From contig NZ_JMCB01000005.1 of assembly GCF_000737315.1 (NCBI RefSeq), forward strand, positions 144,001 through 268,000: a stretch of 124,000 bases of DNA, written 5' to 3'. The notes below the pieces were generated by a model, which saw only the letters and a program-made list of their open reading frames with translations, did not search any database and had not been told where the DNA came from. The stretch's first letter is position 1; every line of letters begins with the position of its first letter. The position numbers and the translations under genes are program-made. This document shows positions 81,363 through 91,330 of the stretch, piece after piece. The DNA comes from Hyalangium minutum. GTDB lineage: Bacteria > Myxococcota > Myxococcia > Myxococcales > Myxococcaceae.

Positions 81363-83654
81363 ATGCCCTTCGAATGGAAGCTGGCCAGTCTCGATGAGCT
81401 CAAGGAACTGCTCCTGGACACGTCCCTCCAGGACTCGCAGGTCCGCGTCAACCTGGCCACGGCCAAGGTAGAGCAGCCGATCAGCCTGGGGCTCGAGGCG
81501 CTCTCATTCGTGTTGGACGGCGGCACGGAGGCCAACATCGAGGCCTTCAACGCGCCGGGGGACGTGGACGCGGACGGCGTCGTCGGTGACAAGCCCGCGC
81601 AGGAGGACATGACGAAGCTGAGCCCGCCGCTGCTGCTGGGGCAGGACGCGTGGCTGAAGTACGCGGTGCGGGTGCGCGCCAAGGCGCAGGCCGGGGTGGC
81701 GCTGCCGTTCCTGTCGGGCTCGGGCAGCGGCGAGGTGGCGATTCAGGTCGCGGACTACCACGTGCACTCGCTGACCGACCGGCTGCGCGACGCCATCAAC
81801 ACGGACACGCGCAACCTCCGGCTGCCGCTGGTGCTCGAGCACGTGCTGAAGATCCAGCCGAAGGAGGCGCTGAGCTTCCAGGCGCGCACGCGGCTGGAGA
81901 CGTCCGTCACGCTCGCGTGGGGAGACGTCTTCAGCACCAACCTGAACCCGCTGAGCCGGCTGCTGCCGGTGGGGACGCTGCTGGCCATCAAGGCCACGGC
82001 GGGTGCGACTGTCACAGGCAGCGTGAGTGTGACGGATGACTTCATGGTCACCTTCTCGCGCGAGAAGGCGGGGGCGATGGTGGTCTCCGTGCAGAAGGGC
82101 GCGGTGCGCGAGGCGAAGCGGGCGGCGCAGATTGGCGTCACCGTGGAGGCGGCGGTGGATCCGGCGGTGGTGGACGCGGCGCTGAACGCGCTGGTGGGGC
82201 TGCCGGGGCTCTCGCACTTCGAGCAGCTGGTGGACAAGCTCTCCACCACGCAGCTGTCCGAGGAGGAGAAGAAGCTGCTGAGGCTGGCGTTGGACCGGCT
82301 GGGGATGACGGACTACGAGGCCGACGCGACGGCGCTGAAGCGGGCCTGGGAGGACCAGAAGGCGAAGGCGAAGCAGGCGCTGGTGACGATGGCGGCGGAG
82401 AAGATCTCCTCCGGGTTCCAGTACGAGTACGCGCGGGTGTCCGAGCAGCAGACGCTGCTGCGGCTGGAGGTGGCGGATGCGCAGCTGGCGAAGCTGCACC
82501 TGCCGCTGGTGATGGGGCGGCTGACGCAGGTGCTGAAGCAGGTGGAGCCGGGGGCGCTGCGCAGCTACTTCCAGCAGAACACGCGGACGCTGAGTGAGGC
82601 GTGGGGCTTCACGCTGGGGTTCTCGAAGTGGCAGGTGCTGAAGAGCCAGACGCAGAGGAAGCTGCAGCGGGTGGCGCAGTACGGCTCGCCGGATCCGGTG
82701 CATGGGCCTCGGCGGTACGCGTTCATGGGGATGCGCAGCTATGAGGGCGGGCTGTTCCAGGGGACGGGGCGCTGGTCCGTGGACTTCAAGGCGGACATGG
82801 GCGAGTTCCGGGCGCAGCCGACGGTGCGGGACTTCAGCTACGGGCTGTATCTGCAACTGCAGCGGAAGGGGAAGCTGTCGGAGACGGCGGTGCGGCAGGC
82901 CATCGACGAGGCGATCGTCTGGCACGTGTTGGACGACGCGGACGAGGAGCAGGTGCTGAAGCAGATCCAGGAGGCGGCGAAGGGCGAGGCGGTGGAGCTG
83001 CGGCTGGAGGTGAAGCTGGCGGACACGGTGTTCCGGGAGCTGACGGCGCTGGCGGCGATGGGAGTGCCGGAGCTGTACGCGAAGGCGCTGGCGCGGTCGA
83101 TGCCGTGGGACAAGAGCCCGGCGCGTGCGAACCCCGAGTTCCGGCAGAGCGTGTACGCGCCGCTGTGGATGACGTACCTGACGGAGAAGGGGAAGGACTG
83201 GACGCCGCCGAGGGCGGCGCAGCGTGCGGCGGCGTGGCTGAAGCAGAACAAGATCGCGAAGGGGAGTGCGGGGGAGGTGGCGTACTGGGAGGGGCAGGGG
83301 ACGGCATACCCGAACACGTTCGCGGACGTGCTGGACAAGAACTCGCGGTTGGCGGACGTGGGCAGCCAGTACGGGGGGACGTACGTGCGGTGGCAGCGGC
83401 TGGTGGCGGGGATGGCGTTGCTGCGGGATGGGCTGCAGCAGGGGGCGGATCCGGCGGTCATCGAGAAGGTGTTCGAGGAGCTGGAGGAGCTCTGGCGCGT
83501 GTCGTTCCACGTGAAGGCGTTCGGCGCGATGTTGCTGGAGCTGTCGGCGAAGAGCGTCCAGGGCATGGCGGCGGTGGAGCGCACGTTCACGGTGGTGACG
83601 GGGACGGGGGACAAGCAGTCCCAGCTCGTCTTCACCGCCTCCCGCGAGGGGTAA
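81363..83654 (+). CDS. Large hypothetical protein
   Basis: Long ORF with strong GC3 bias and an RBS; no motif recognised. Confidence 0.7.
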   Translation: MPFEWKLASLDELKELLLDTSLQDSQVRVNLATAKVEQPISLGLEALSFVLDGGTEANIEAFNAPGDVDADGVVGDKPAQEDMTKLSPPLLLGQDAWLKYAVRVRAKAQAGVALPFLSGSGSGEVAIQVADYHVHSLTDRLRDAINTDTRNLRLPLVLEHVLKIQPKEALSFQARTRLETSVTLAWGDVFSTNLNPLSRLLPVGTLLAIKATAGATVTGSVSVTDDFMVTFSREKAGAMVVSVQKGAVREAKRAAQIGVTVEAAVDPAVVDAALNALVGLPGLSHFEQLVDKLSTTQLSEEEKKLLRLALDRLGMTDYEADATALKRAWEDQKAKAKQALVTMAAEKISSGFQYEYARVSEQQTLLRLEVADAQLAKLHLPLVMGRLTQVLKQVEPGALRSYFQQNTRTLSEAWGFTLGFSKWQVLKSQTQRKLQRVAQYGSPDPVHGPRRYAFMGMRSYEGGLFQGTGRWSVDFKADMGEFRAQPTVRDFSYGLYLQLQRKGKLSETAVRQAIDEAIVWHVLDDADEEQVLKQIQEAAKGEAVELRLEVKLADTVFRELTALAAMGVPELYAKALARSMPWDKSPARANPEFRQSVYAPLWMTYLTEKGKDWTPPRAAQRAAAWLKQNKIAKGSAGEVAYWEGQGTAYPNTFADVLDKNSRLADVGSQYGGTYVRWQRLVAGMALLRDGLQQGADPAVIEKVFEELEELWRVSFHVKAFGAMLLELSAKSVQGMAAVERTFTVVTGTGDKQSQLVFTASREG

Positions 83655-83663
83655 CGAAGAACC

Positions 83664-84371
83664 GTGAGCGCCTCACGCCCATGGTGGCTGCTGGTGGCTA
83701 TAGCGCTAGCAGCCTGTGCGACGACACCCCGGGGAAGTGAGAGGCTGGGCTGCGAGGAGTCGGCTGAGCTCGTTTCTTACGAGGAAGCATGCTCGCACGA
83801 GAACAGCCTGGTGGCGCTGTGCGCAGGTGAGCAATGCGGGCTGTACCGATGCTGGCAGGTGCAGGAGCAGGGGGACGAAACGCGCGTGGTGCTTGCGCGG
83901 CACCCGGTGGGGGCATTGCCCAATCCTCAGCGGGGCGCGCAGAGGAACTGGGGGAGCGCACAAGAGTTGCCGCGGGATGCGCGGCCGGTGTTCATCATCC
84001 CGTGGCAGCACAAGCCGCCGCTGTTGCCCAGTCAGCAGCAGATGCTGGAGGAGGCAGCCAAGGAGCGGGCCAAGCCGCATGAGCAGCACCACATCTTCCC
84101 GCGAATGTTCAAGGAGTGGTTTACCCAGCAAGGCATCGACATCGACAAGTATGTGCTCCTGCTGGAGTTGGAGAAGCACAGGAGCATCCATCGCGGAGCC
84201 AACGGAGGCCCGTGGAATGCCGCATGGGCTCGTTTCATCCAAGAAAACCTGGCGGGGGCCCCGAAAGAGAAGATCCACAGATACGCCGGACAACTCATCT
84301 ACGAGTTCGAGCTGTTCGGCCCTGTCATTCCGTATTCGAGACAGCCGCCCCCGCTGCCTCCAGGGTACTAG
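83664..84371 (+). CDS. TIGR02269 / SitA6-like polymorphic toxin lipoprotein
   Basis: Lipobox LAACA; C...CGLYRC; C-terminal HHIFP...WF...H..IH...WN nuclease-like motif. Confidence 0.8.
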   Translation: MSASRPWWLLVAIALAACATTPRGSERLGCEESAELVSYEEACSHENSLVALCAGEQCGLYRCWQVQEQGDETRVVLARHPVGALPNPQRGAQRNWGSAQELPRDARPVFIIPWQHKPPLLPSQQQMLEEAAKERAKPHEQHHIFPRMFKEWFTQQGIDIDKYVLLLELEKHRSIHRGANGGPWNAAWARFIQENLAGAPKEKIHRYAGQLIYEFELFGPVIPYSRQPPPLPPGY

Positions 84372-84376
84372 CGCCG

Positions 84377-85102
84377 ATGCGATTCTATTGGCTCAGCACC
84401 CCTCCATCGCCGCGTGACTCAGGCGGGTATACGTACGGGCATACATGGAGCCTGCCTGGAGTGGCCTGCCCGGTGTGCAATCTCTCTGGGGGCACGGCTG
84501 CGAATGCCTACCCTTCTGTAGACCTGTCTCACCTGCCGGCTCAGGAGCAGCGGAAGTACTTCGCGCGGTTCGAGGAAGACTTCGTGGAGTTCGAGCGGCT
84601 GCGCGAACAGGTGCGCCCGTTGGTGCCTTCCGGAATCCCCCTCTGGCCAGGGACTGCTTTCGGTCCCCTGCATGGCTCGGCCTGGGGAGAGTTTGGCCCG
84701 CTGAGCCTGATTCACGCGTGGGAGCTGTTGATCAGGCGTGAGCCATTCGAGCGTCTGCAGGCTGAGGGCTTGAGGGGCTTGAAGGGCTGTCGCACGGCCC
84801 TGCGCTTTCGCAAGAAGAACCCACCCGAGTTGCTGGAGATGGAATTGGTGCCCCGGGGCGAGTTCCACTCGGATTGCCTGCCGGAACGTCCCCTGCCCTG
84901 TCCGAAGTGCGAGAGGAGAGAACTCAAGTGTCCAGACGAGCCCATTCTGGATGCGGCCTCTCTGCCTGAAGACCAGGATTTGTTCCGACTGGCTGGGTTT
85001 CTGTCGATGATCATCGCCACCGAGCGCTTTGTAGATGCAGTGCGGCGTCTGAGCTACGAGCAGGATATCGCCTTCCGCGAACTGCCGGTGCGCGGCGCGT
85101 AG
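84377..85102 (+). CDS. Double-CXXCG motif (SitI6-like) immunity protein
   Basis: WSLPGVACPVCN and CPKCER; ATERFV; directly after the toxin. Confidence 0.8.
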   Translation: MRFYWLSTPPSPRDSGGYTYGHTWSLPGVACPVCNLSGGTAANAYPSVDLSHLPAQEQRKYFARFEEDFVEFERLREQVRPLVPSGIPLWPGTAFGPLHGSAWGEFGPLSLIHAWELLIRREPFERLQAEGLRGLKGCRTALRFRKKNPPELLEMELVPRGEFHSDCLPERPLPCPKCERRELKCPDEPILDAASLPEDQDLFRLAGFLSMIIATERFVDAVRRLSYEQDIAFRELPVRGA

Positions 85103-85139
85103 CACAGGCTGGTTCAACTGATCGCGCCATGAAGCGGCG

Positions 85140-86591
85140 TCATGGCTGCTCGGAGGTGGGCGGCGGGCGGCTGTCGAAGACGGGCATGTAGCATTGGCCC
85201 TCTCGTTCGTAGGCTGCACCGCACGGCGGATCAATCCGGAGGATGGACCAGCAAGCTCCTATGACCACGACCTCCGAGCGTGGATTGCAGGGGGGCTTCT
85301 TCTGCCCAGGAAGAGGAGTCTTGGGCATGGCCAAACCGATGGCAGAGACAGGCAGTCCCGTTCGCGGACCCTCCTGCACGGAGGCCATGGCGGCATCCGC
85401 GACGCCAGCATCAGGCGTCTCTATGGGGGGTGTCGGAACCTCTTTGGCCATCAGCGGGGGGCCGGAAGGGGCCGATTCTTCTCGGGGCGCTGGGCCTGAT
85501 GGGAGCTTGGAACCGATGAGCACGACGAACCCCCCCACCATGGCGGCTGCAGCCCATGAGAGCAGCGCCAGGGTGGCGTGGTGCGTGGCGTCTGCTGAGG
85601 AGCGCTGACGGCTCGGAGGGGGAGGGGACCCGCTTGAGGACGCAGAACGGGACGGTGCCTCTAACTCAGAAGGAACTCCTACCCGAAGCAGGCGGATGGG
85701 ATTGTCCGCCACATGCCGAGTATGGAGCGCAGCGTGCTCTAACGCCTCTACCGTCTGAGGAGTGGTACCGCGGTTCGCTTTATCCTCGGAGAGCAGGCGC
85801 AGGATGATGCTGTCCAATTCTGGAGTGACCGTGGCGAGCTCTCTTGGGGGGCGCAGTTCCCGCTGCTCCTCATGCTGGGTCTCGCTGATGGGCGGGGGGT
85901 AGGTGCCCGTCACGAGCCGGTAGGCGGTGACGCCCAGCGCGTACAGGTCATCGCAGGGGCTCGCTTTCCAGCGCGCCTGGTCATCCCTGTAGAAGCGCCA
86001 CGTGAAGCGTAGCAGCTCCGGCGAGCGGTAGACGCTGGTGCCCGGAGGCGCACAGGTGTCCGTCAGCGGGCGCGCTCCCGGGAACCATCCGGCGCCGAAG
86101 TCCACCAGCACCGCGCGGCCTTCAGGAGTGACGCGGATGTTGTCCCCCTTGACGTCCCGGTGAACGGCGCCCGAGGCATGAACCGCCGCCAGTCCTTGTG
86201 CCACCTGGGCGAGCACTTCGAGCACGTCCCGGGAGGAGCGCTCTTCCTCGTGGCCCCACTCATAGAGGATGGAGCCCGCCACGTACTCCATGACTAGGTA
86301 AGGGTGGTCGTCACCCCGGGCCGAGATCCAGATCCCAAAGTCCTCAAAGCGAGGCAGCGCGGGGTGTTGAGTGCGCCGGAGCAGCTCGGCTTCCCGCTCG
86401 AAGCGCGGATCACCGGCTTGCTTGGCCATCTTCATGGCGAAGGGGCCTGCTTCCGGCTTCGAAGCGCGCTCCACCAGGAACACCACTCCGTAGCTGCCGG
86501 AGTCGATGCGTTCGAGGACACGCCAGGGGCCTACGAGCGAGCCGGGGCGCAGATCGCGAGGGTCAACAGGGGTCTCCAGGTCATCGCTCAA
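85140..86591 (-). CDS. Ser/Thr kinase with TM and C-terminal Cys-rich domain
   Basis: GSYGVV, HRDVKGDN, DFG, YRSPE; PLPGQ..PPC...GACW...CY.PVF. Confidence 0.85.
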   Translation of the reverse strand: MSDDLETPVDPRDLRPGSLVGPWRVLERIDSGSYGVVFLVERASKPEAGPFAMKMAKQAGDPRFEREAELLRRTQHPALPRFEDFGIWISARGDDHPYLVMEYVAGSILYEWGHEEERSSRDVLEVLAQVAQGLAAVHASGAVHRDVKGDNIRVTPEGRAVLVDFGAGWFPGARPLTDTCAPPGTSVYRSPELLRFTWRFYRDDQARWKASPCDDLYALGVTAYRLVTGTYPPPISETQHEEQRELRPPRELATVTPELDSIILRLLSEDKANRGTTPQTVEALEHAALHTRHVADNPIRLLRVGVPSELEAPSRSASSSGSPPPPSRQRSSADATHHATLALLSWAAAAMVGGFVVLIGSKLPSGPAPREESAPSGPPLMAKEVPTPPIETPDAGVADAAMASVQEGPRTGLPVSAIGLAMPKTPLPGQKKPPCNPRSEVVVIGACWSILRIDPPCGAAYEREGQCYMPVFDSRPPPTSEQP

Positions 86592-86696
86592 GGGGCTTCT
86601 CCCGCAGGGGCGCGGAGCTGAACCCGAGCCTACCGAAGAGGTGGCCCAGAAGATACCCGCTCTCTTGGGTTGTGTCCGCCTGCCTCACGGGCATGA

Positions 86697-86750
86697 CTGT
86701 TCGGAAATGTCGGGACTTTTGCGTCCAAAACCCCCGACATTTCCGAACAG
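86697..86750. repeat. Perfect 18-bp inverted repeat
   Basis: CTGTTCGGAAATGTCGGG (86697-714) / CCCGACATTTCCGAACAG (86733-750); inner TTTTG/CAAAA also pairs. Confidence 0.85.
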
Positions 86751-86940
86751 GCGTCCGCGAGAACTCTTCGTAGCTGTGCCGGCCGCTGTGGACCCGGAAG
86801 GGAAGCCGATGTCAACCAGGAGGTAGGTTCTGCGCCCACCTCTGAAAGCGCATGCAAAGTCTTGCGGGCGTTACGAACCGGCGACAGGATGCGCCGCCGT
86901 TTTCCCTACAACTGCCACAACTCACCAGAGGGAGGGACGA

Positions 86941-88086
86941 GTGGACACCCGTTCTTCGATGACTCGTATCGGCGCCGCATCGGTGCTGGCTGCTGTGATG
87001 CTGCTGAGCCCCGCCTGCAAGAAGGAGGAGAAGCCTGCCGGTGATACCACCGGGACGGCGACGGGGACGCCTCCCGCGGCCGAGAAGAAGCCGGCCGGCG
87101 GGAAGATCGCCCTGCTGCTGCCCGAGACGAAGACGGCTCGTTACGAGTCCCACGACCGCCCTCACTTCGAGCGCAAGGTGAAGGAGCTGTGTTCCGAGTG
87201 CGAGGTCATCTACAGCAACGCGGATCAGGACGCGTCCAAGCAGCAGAACCAGGCCGAGGCCGCGCTGACCAACGGCGCCCAGGTGCTGGTGCTGGATCCG
87301 GTGGACTCCGCCTCGGCGGCCGCCATCGTCACGCGCGCCAAGCAGTCGAAGATCCCCGTCGTCAGCTATGACCGCCTCATCACCGGCGCGGACGTGGACT
87401 ACTACATCTCGTTCGACAACGAGAAGGTCGGCAAGCTCCAGGCCACCGCGCTCGTGGACAAGCTCAAGGCGGACGGGAAGACGGGCGGCACCATCGTGAT
87501 GATCAACGGTGCGCCCACCGACAACAACGCCAAGCTCTTCAAGGCCGGCGCGCACAGCATCATCGACGGCAGCGGCCTGAAGATCGGCGCCGAGTACGAC
87601 ACCCCGGACTGGAGCCCGGACAAGGCCCAGCAGCAGATGGAGCAGGCCATCACCTCCATCGGCAAGGACAAGATCGCCGGCGTGTACTGCGCCAATGACG
87701 GCACGGCGGGCGGCGCCATCGCGGCCATGAAGGCCGCGGGCGTCAAGCCGCTGCCCCCCGTCACGGGCCAGGACGCGGAGCTGGCGGGTATCCAGCGCAT
87801 CATCGCGGGCGAGCAGTTCATGACCGTCTACAAGGCCATCAAGCCCGAGGCCGAGGTCGCCGCGGAGCTGGCGGTGGCGCTGGTGCGCGGCCAGCAGGCC
87901 CCGGCGGGCAAGGTCAACGCCAAGGTGAACAACGGCAAGCTGGACGTGCCCTCCATCCTCCTGGAGCCCGTGGCCGTCACCAAGGACAACGTGAAGACCA
88001 CGGTCGTCGCGGACGGGTTCTGGAAGCCGGACGAGCTCTGCGCCGGCTCCTACAAGGACGCCTGCACCGCGGCCCAGATCCAGTAA
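86941..88086 (+). CDS. Sugar ABC transporter substrate-binding lipoprotein (XylF-like)
   Basis: RYESHDRP, VVSYDRLI, ANDGTAGG, TGQDAEL. Confidence 0.88.
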   Translation: MDTRSSMTRIGAASVLAAVMLLSPACKKEEKPAGDTTGTATGTPPAAEKKPAGGKIALLLPETKTARYESHDRPHFERKVKELCSECEVIYSNADQDASKQQNQAEAALTNGAQVLVLDPVDSASAAAIVTRAKQSKIPVVSYDRLITGADVDYYISFDNEKVGKLQATALVDKLKADGKTGGTIVMINGAPTDNNAKLFKAGAHSIIDGSGLKIGAEYDTPDWSPDKAQQQMEQAITSIGKDKIAGVYCANDGTAGGAIAAMKAAGVKPLPPVTGQDAELAGIQRIIAGEQFMTVYKAIKPEAEVAAELAVALVRGQQAPAGKVNAKVNNGKLDVPSILLEPVAVTKDNVKTTVVADGFWKPDELCAGSYKDACTAAQIQ

Positions 88087-88101
88087 CGCCTGGAGGGTGG
88101 A

Positions 88102-88890
88102 ATGACCGCTACATCGTTGCTGGAGCTGAAAGGGGTCTCCAAGCGCTTCGGGGCCGTCCAGGCCCTCACCACGGTGGACTTCGAGGTCCGCCCCGGTGAG
88201 GTCGTGGCCCTGGTGGGCGACAACGGGGCCGGGAAGTCCACCCTCATCAAGATCATCTCAGGAATCATCCCCATCGACGAAGGGCAGGTCCTCTTCGAGG
88301 GCCGGCCCGTCTCCCTGAACGGGCCTCAGGCCTCGTCGTCGCTGGGAATTGCCACCGTGTACCAGGACCTCGCGCTGTGCGACAACCTGGACGTCGTGGG
88401 CAACCTGTTCCTCGGGCGCGAAGTGCGCTCGGGGGCCGCGGGCAAGCTCACGGGGTGGCTGGACGAGACCGCCATGGAGCAGCAGGCGAGCGCGCTGCTC
88501 CAGCGGCTCAGTGTGAGCATCCCCAGCGTGCGCACGCAGGTGGCCGCGCTGTCGGGTGGCCAGCGGCAGTCCATCGCGGTGGCTCGCGCGATGATGGGCT
88601 CGCCGAAGATGGTGCTGCTGGACGAGCCCACCGCGGCGCTCGGTGTGGCGCAGACGCGCCAGGTGCTGGACCTCATCCGCCGCCTGCGCGAGCAGGGCCT
88701 GGGCGTGGTGGTCATCAGCCATAACCTGATGGATGTGTTCTCCGTGTCCGACCGCATCATCGTGATGCGGCTGGGCAAGCGGGTGGCGACCTTCGACACC
88801 CAGGCGGCCAAGGAAGTCGAGGTCGTCTCCGCCATCACCGGAGCCAAGAAGCAGGAAGTCGTCGAGACGCTCAAGACGGAGGCCCAATGA
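88102..88890 (+). CDS. Sugar ABC transporter ATP-binding protein
   Basis: GDNGAGKST, LSGGQRQ, LDEPTAAL, ISHN. Confidence 0.9.
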   Translation: MTATSLLELKGVSKRFGAVQALTTVDFEVRPGEVVALVGDNGAGKSTLIKIISGIIPIDEGQVLFEGRPVSLNGPQASSSLGIATVYQDLALCDNLDVVGNLFLGREVRSGAAGKLTGWLDETAMEQQASALLQRLSVSIPSVRTQVAALSGGQRQSIAVARAMMGSPKMVLLDEPTAALGVAQTRQVLDLIRRLREQGLGVVVISHNLMDVFSVSDRIIVMRLGKRVATFDTQAAKEVEVVSAITGAKKQEVVETLKTEAQ

Positions 88891-90122
88891 GCTCCCCCCG
88901 TGAAGTCGTGGCCTATGTCGATCCGCGCTTGATTCAGGATGCCCCGGGTCTGAAGGGTGCGTGGCAGGGCTTCCGCCGCCGCGTGTCCCAGGGCGAGCTG
89001 GGCAGCCTGCCCGTCATCGTCGGACTGAGCCTCATCTGGCTCATCTTCTATGTGGCCAACGAGCGCTTCCTCTCCGCCGTCAACCTCACCAACCTGATGC
89101 TGCAGATCGCCGCCATGGGGACGATCTCCGCGGGCATCGTGCTGGTGCTGCTGCTGGGAGAGATTGACCTGTCGGCGGGCGCCGTGAGCGGCCTGTCCGC
89201 CGCGGTGATGGCCATCCTCAACGTGAAGCACGGGTGGGGGGCTGTTCCGGCGCTCCTGGCGGGCCTGGCCGCCGGCGCGGGCATCGGCCTGTTCCACGGC
89301 CTGTGGATTACGCGGTTCCGCGTGCCCTCGTTCGTGGTGACGCTGGCCGGACTGCTGGGCTGGCAGGGTGCGCTGCTTTTCGTGCTGGGCAACACCGGCA
89401 CGGTGAACCTGAATGACCCGGTCATCAACGGGCTGACCGGCACCTTCTTCGAGCCGGCCATTGCCTGGCCCATCGCCATCCTCATCATCGCCCTCTACGT
89501 GGCCACGGTGCTGGTCGAGCGGATGCGCCGGGGGGCGGCGGGGCTGCCCCAGGCGCACCTGCGCTCCACCGTGGCGCGCATGGTGGTCATCTCCGGCGCG
89601 GTGGTGGCCTCGGTGGCCGTGTTCACCCAGGACCGCGGCTTGCCGCTGGCGGCCATCATCTTCGCGGGCTTCGTGGTGGGCATTGAACTGCTCATCAAGC
89701 GCACCCGCTTCGGCCGGCACGTCTTCGCGGTGGGTGGCAACGCCGAGGCGGCTCGCCGCGCGGGCATCCGCGTGGAGACCATCCGCGTGGCCATCTTCAC
89801 CCTGGCCTCCACCATGGCGGCTGCGGGTGGTATCCTTGCCTCCTCGCGCTTGCTGGCGGTGAACCAGTCCTCTGGCAGCGGCGACGTGCTGCTCAACGCC
89901 ATCGCCGCGGCGGTGATTGGCGGCACCAGCCTCTTCGGCGGGCGCGGTTCGGCCTGGTCGGCCATCCTGGGAGCGCTGGTGATTGGCTCTATCTCCAACG
90001 GAATGGACCTGCTCGCGCTATCCTCGTCCGTGAAGTTCATGGTCACGGGCGCGGTGCTGCTGGTGGCGGCCTCCATCGACGCGCTCTCACGGAGAGGCCG
90101 GCAGGCGGCGGGCAGGGCGTGA
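88887..90122 (+). CDS. Sugar ABC transporter permease (XylH-like)
   Basis: GEIDLSAG, VPSFVVTL, AVGGNAEAARRAG, VIGGTSL. Confidence 0.9.
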   Translation: MSSPREVVAYVDPRLIQDAPGLKGAWQGFRRRVSQGELGSLPVIVGLSLIWLIFYVANERFLSAVNLTNLMLQIAAMGTISAGIVLVLLLGEIDLSAGAVSGLSAAVMAILNVKHGWGAVPALLAGLAAGAGIGLFHGLWITRFRVPSFVVTLAGLLGWQGALLFVLGNTGTVNLNDPVINGLTGTFFEPAIAWPIAILIIALYVATVLVERMRRGAAGLPQAHLRSTVARMVVISGAVVASVAVFTQDRGLPLAAIIFAGFVVGIELLIKRTRFGRHVFAVGGNAEAARRAGIRVETIRVAIFTLASTMAAAGGILASSRLLAVNQSSGSGDVLLNAIAAAVIGGTSLFGGRGSAWSAILGALVIGSISNGMDLLALSSSVKFMVTGAVLLVAASIDALSRRGRQAAGRA

Positions 90123-90165
90123 ACCGGGCGCCGGGGCGCAGGTCCCCGGCCCTCAGGGAGACGCG

Positions 90166-91254
90166 ATGACGACGGGAGCACCCGCCCTTCGAGTGGGCAT
90201 CATCGGCACAGGCTTCGCGCGCTCCACGCAGATCCCCGCATTTCAGTCGCTCCCGGGCGTGGAGGTGGTCTCCATCGCCAGCGCCCGGCTCGAGCGCGCC
90301 GAGCAGGTGGCGCGCGAGTGTGGCATCCCTCGCGCCACCCAGGACTGGCGCGAGGTGGTGCGGGACCCGGGGGTGGACCTCGTCAGCATCGTCACCCCGC
90401 CGCACCTGCACCGCGAGATGGCCATCGCCGCGGTGCACGCGGGCAAGGCCGTGCTCTGCGAGAAGCCCACCTCGCTGGAGGCCGCCGAGGCGGAGATCAT
90501 GTGGCTGGCGGCCGAGCAGCGGGGCGTGCTCGCGCTGATGGACCATGAGCTGCGCTTCCTGCCCTCGCGCCAGCGGATGCGGGAGATCATCCTCTCCGGA
90601 GAGCTGGGGACGATTCATCACGCCCGCGTGCGCTACCGCAGCGACAACCGCGCCGGACCCGGGCGGCCGTGGGACTGGTGGTCGGACGTGGCGCGCGGCG
90701 GAGGACTGCTGGGGGCGCTGGGCTCGCATGCGGTGGACGCGCTGCGCTTCCTGCTGGGCCGCGAGCCGACGGAAGTCTTGGGCGTCCTGGCCACGCACAT
90801 CCCCTCGCGGCCGGATGCGCAGAGCGGCACAGCGCGGATGGTGACGTCCGATGACGAGGTGCAGGCGCTGCTGGGCTTCGGCGGAGGCCTCACGGCCGCG
90901 ATGAGCCTCTCCGCGGTGGAGCCCGGCAAGCCGATGCACGTGGTGGAGGTGTTCGGTACGCGCGGCGGCCTGCGCGTGGAGGGCTCGGAGTTGCTGCGGG
91001 CCGAGGTGGGCGGCCGGCGGTGGGCGCCGGTGGAGCTGCCTTCGCTGCAGCCGCTGCCCGCGGGCATGCCGGAGACCGAGTGGGCGCTCGGCTTCGTGCA
91101 GTACGCGCGCGCCATCGTCGAGGCACTGCGGGCGGGCGCCCGGACGCTGCCTGGGGCGGCCTCCTTCGAGGAGGGGTGGCGCAACCAGCGTGTGCTGGAT
91201 GCCATTCGCCGCTCCCACTCCGAGCGCCGCTGGATTCCTCTCAGCAAGGTGTAG
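90166..91254 (+). CDS. Gfo/Idh/MocA oxidoreductase
   Basis: GIIGTG, TPPHLH, CEKP, GGGLL. Confidence 0.88.
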   Translation: MTTGAPALRVGIIGTGFARSTQIPAFQSLPGVEVVSIASARLERAEQVARECGIPRATQDWREVVRDPGVDLVSIVTPPHLHREMAIAAVHAGKAVLCEKPTSLEAAEAEIMWLAAEQRGVLALMDHELRFLPSRQRMREIILSGELGTIHHARVRYRSDNRAGPGRPWDWWSDVARGGGLLGALGSHAVDALRFLLGREPTEVLGVLATHIPSRPDAQSGTARMVTSDDEVQALLGFGGGLTAAMSLSAVEPGKPMHVVEVFGTRGGLRVEGSELLRAEVGGRRWAPVELPSLQPLPAGMPETEWALGFVQYARAIVEALRAGARTLPGAASFEEGWRNQRVLDAIRRSHSERRWIPLSKV

Positions 91255-91330
91255 CAGGGCGAGAAGCTGCCTGCCGGGCGGGCCTGTGTCTGCGGCTCGG
91301 GGCTCCCCACCTTTCAAGGTGGAGCCACGA

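Noticed and set aside
86820-86831. GAGGTAGGTTCT shared with 119831-119842 near both accessory kinases
   Set aside because: It is only 12 nt and in opposite orientation relative to the two kinase genes, so it cannot be distinguished from chance without a genome-wide count.
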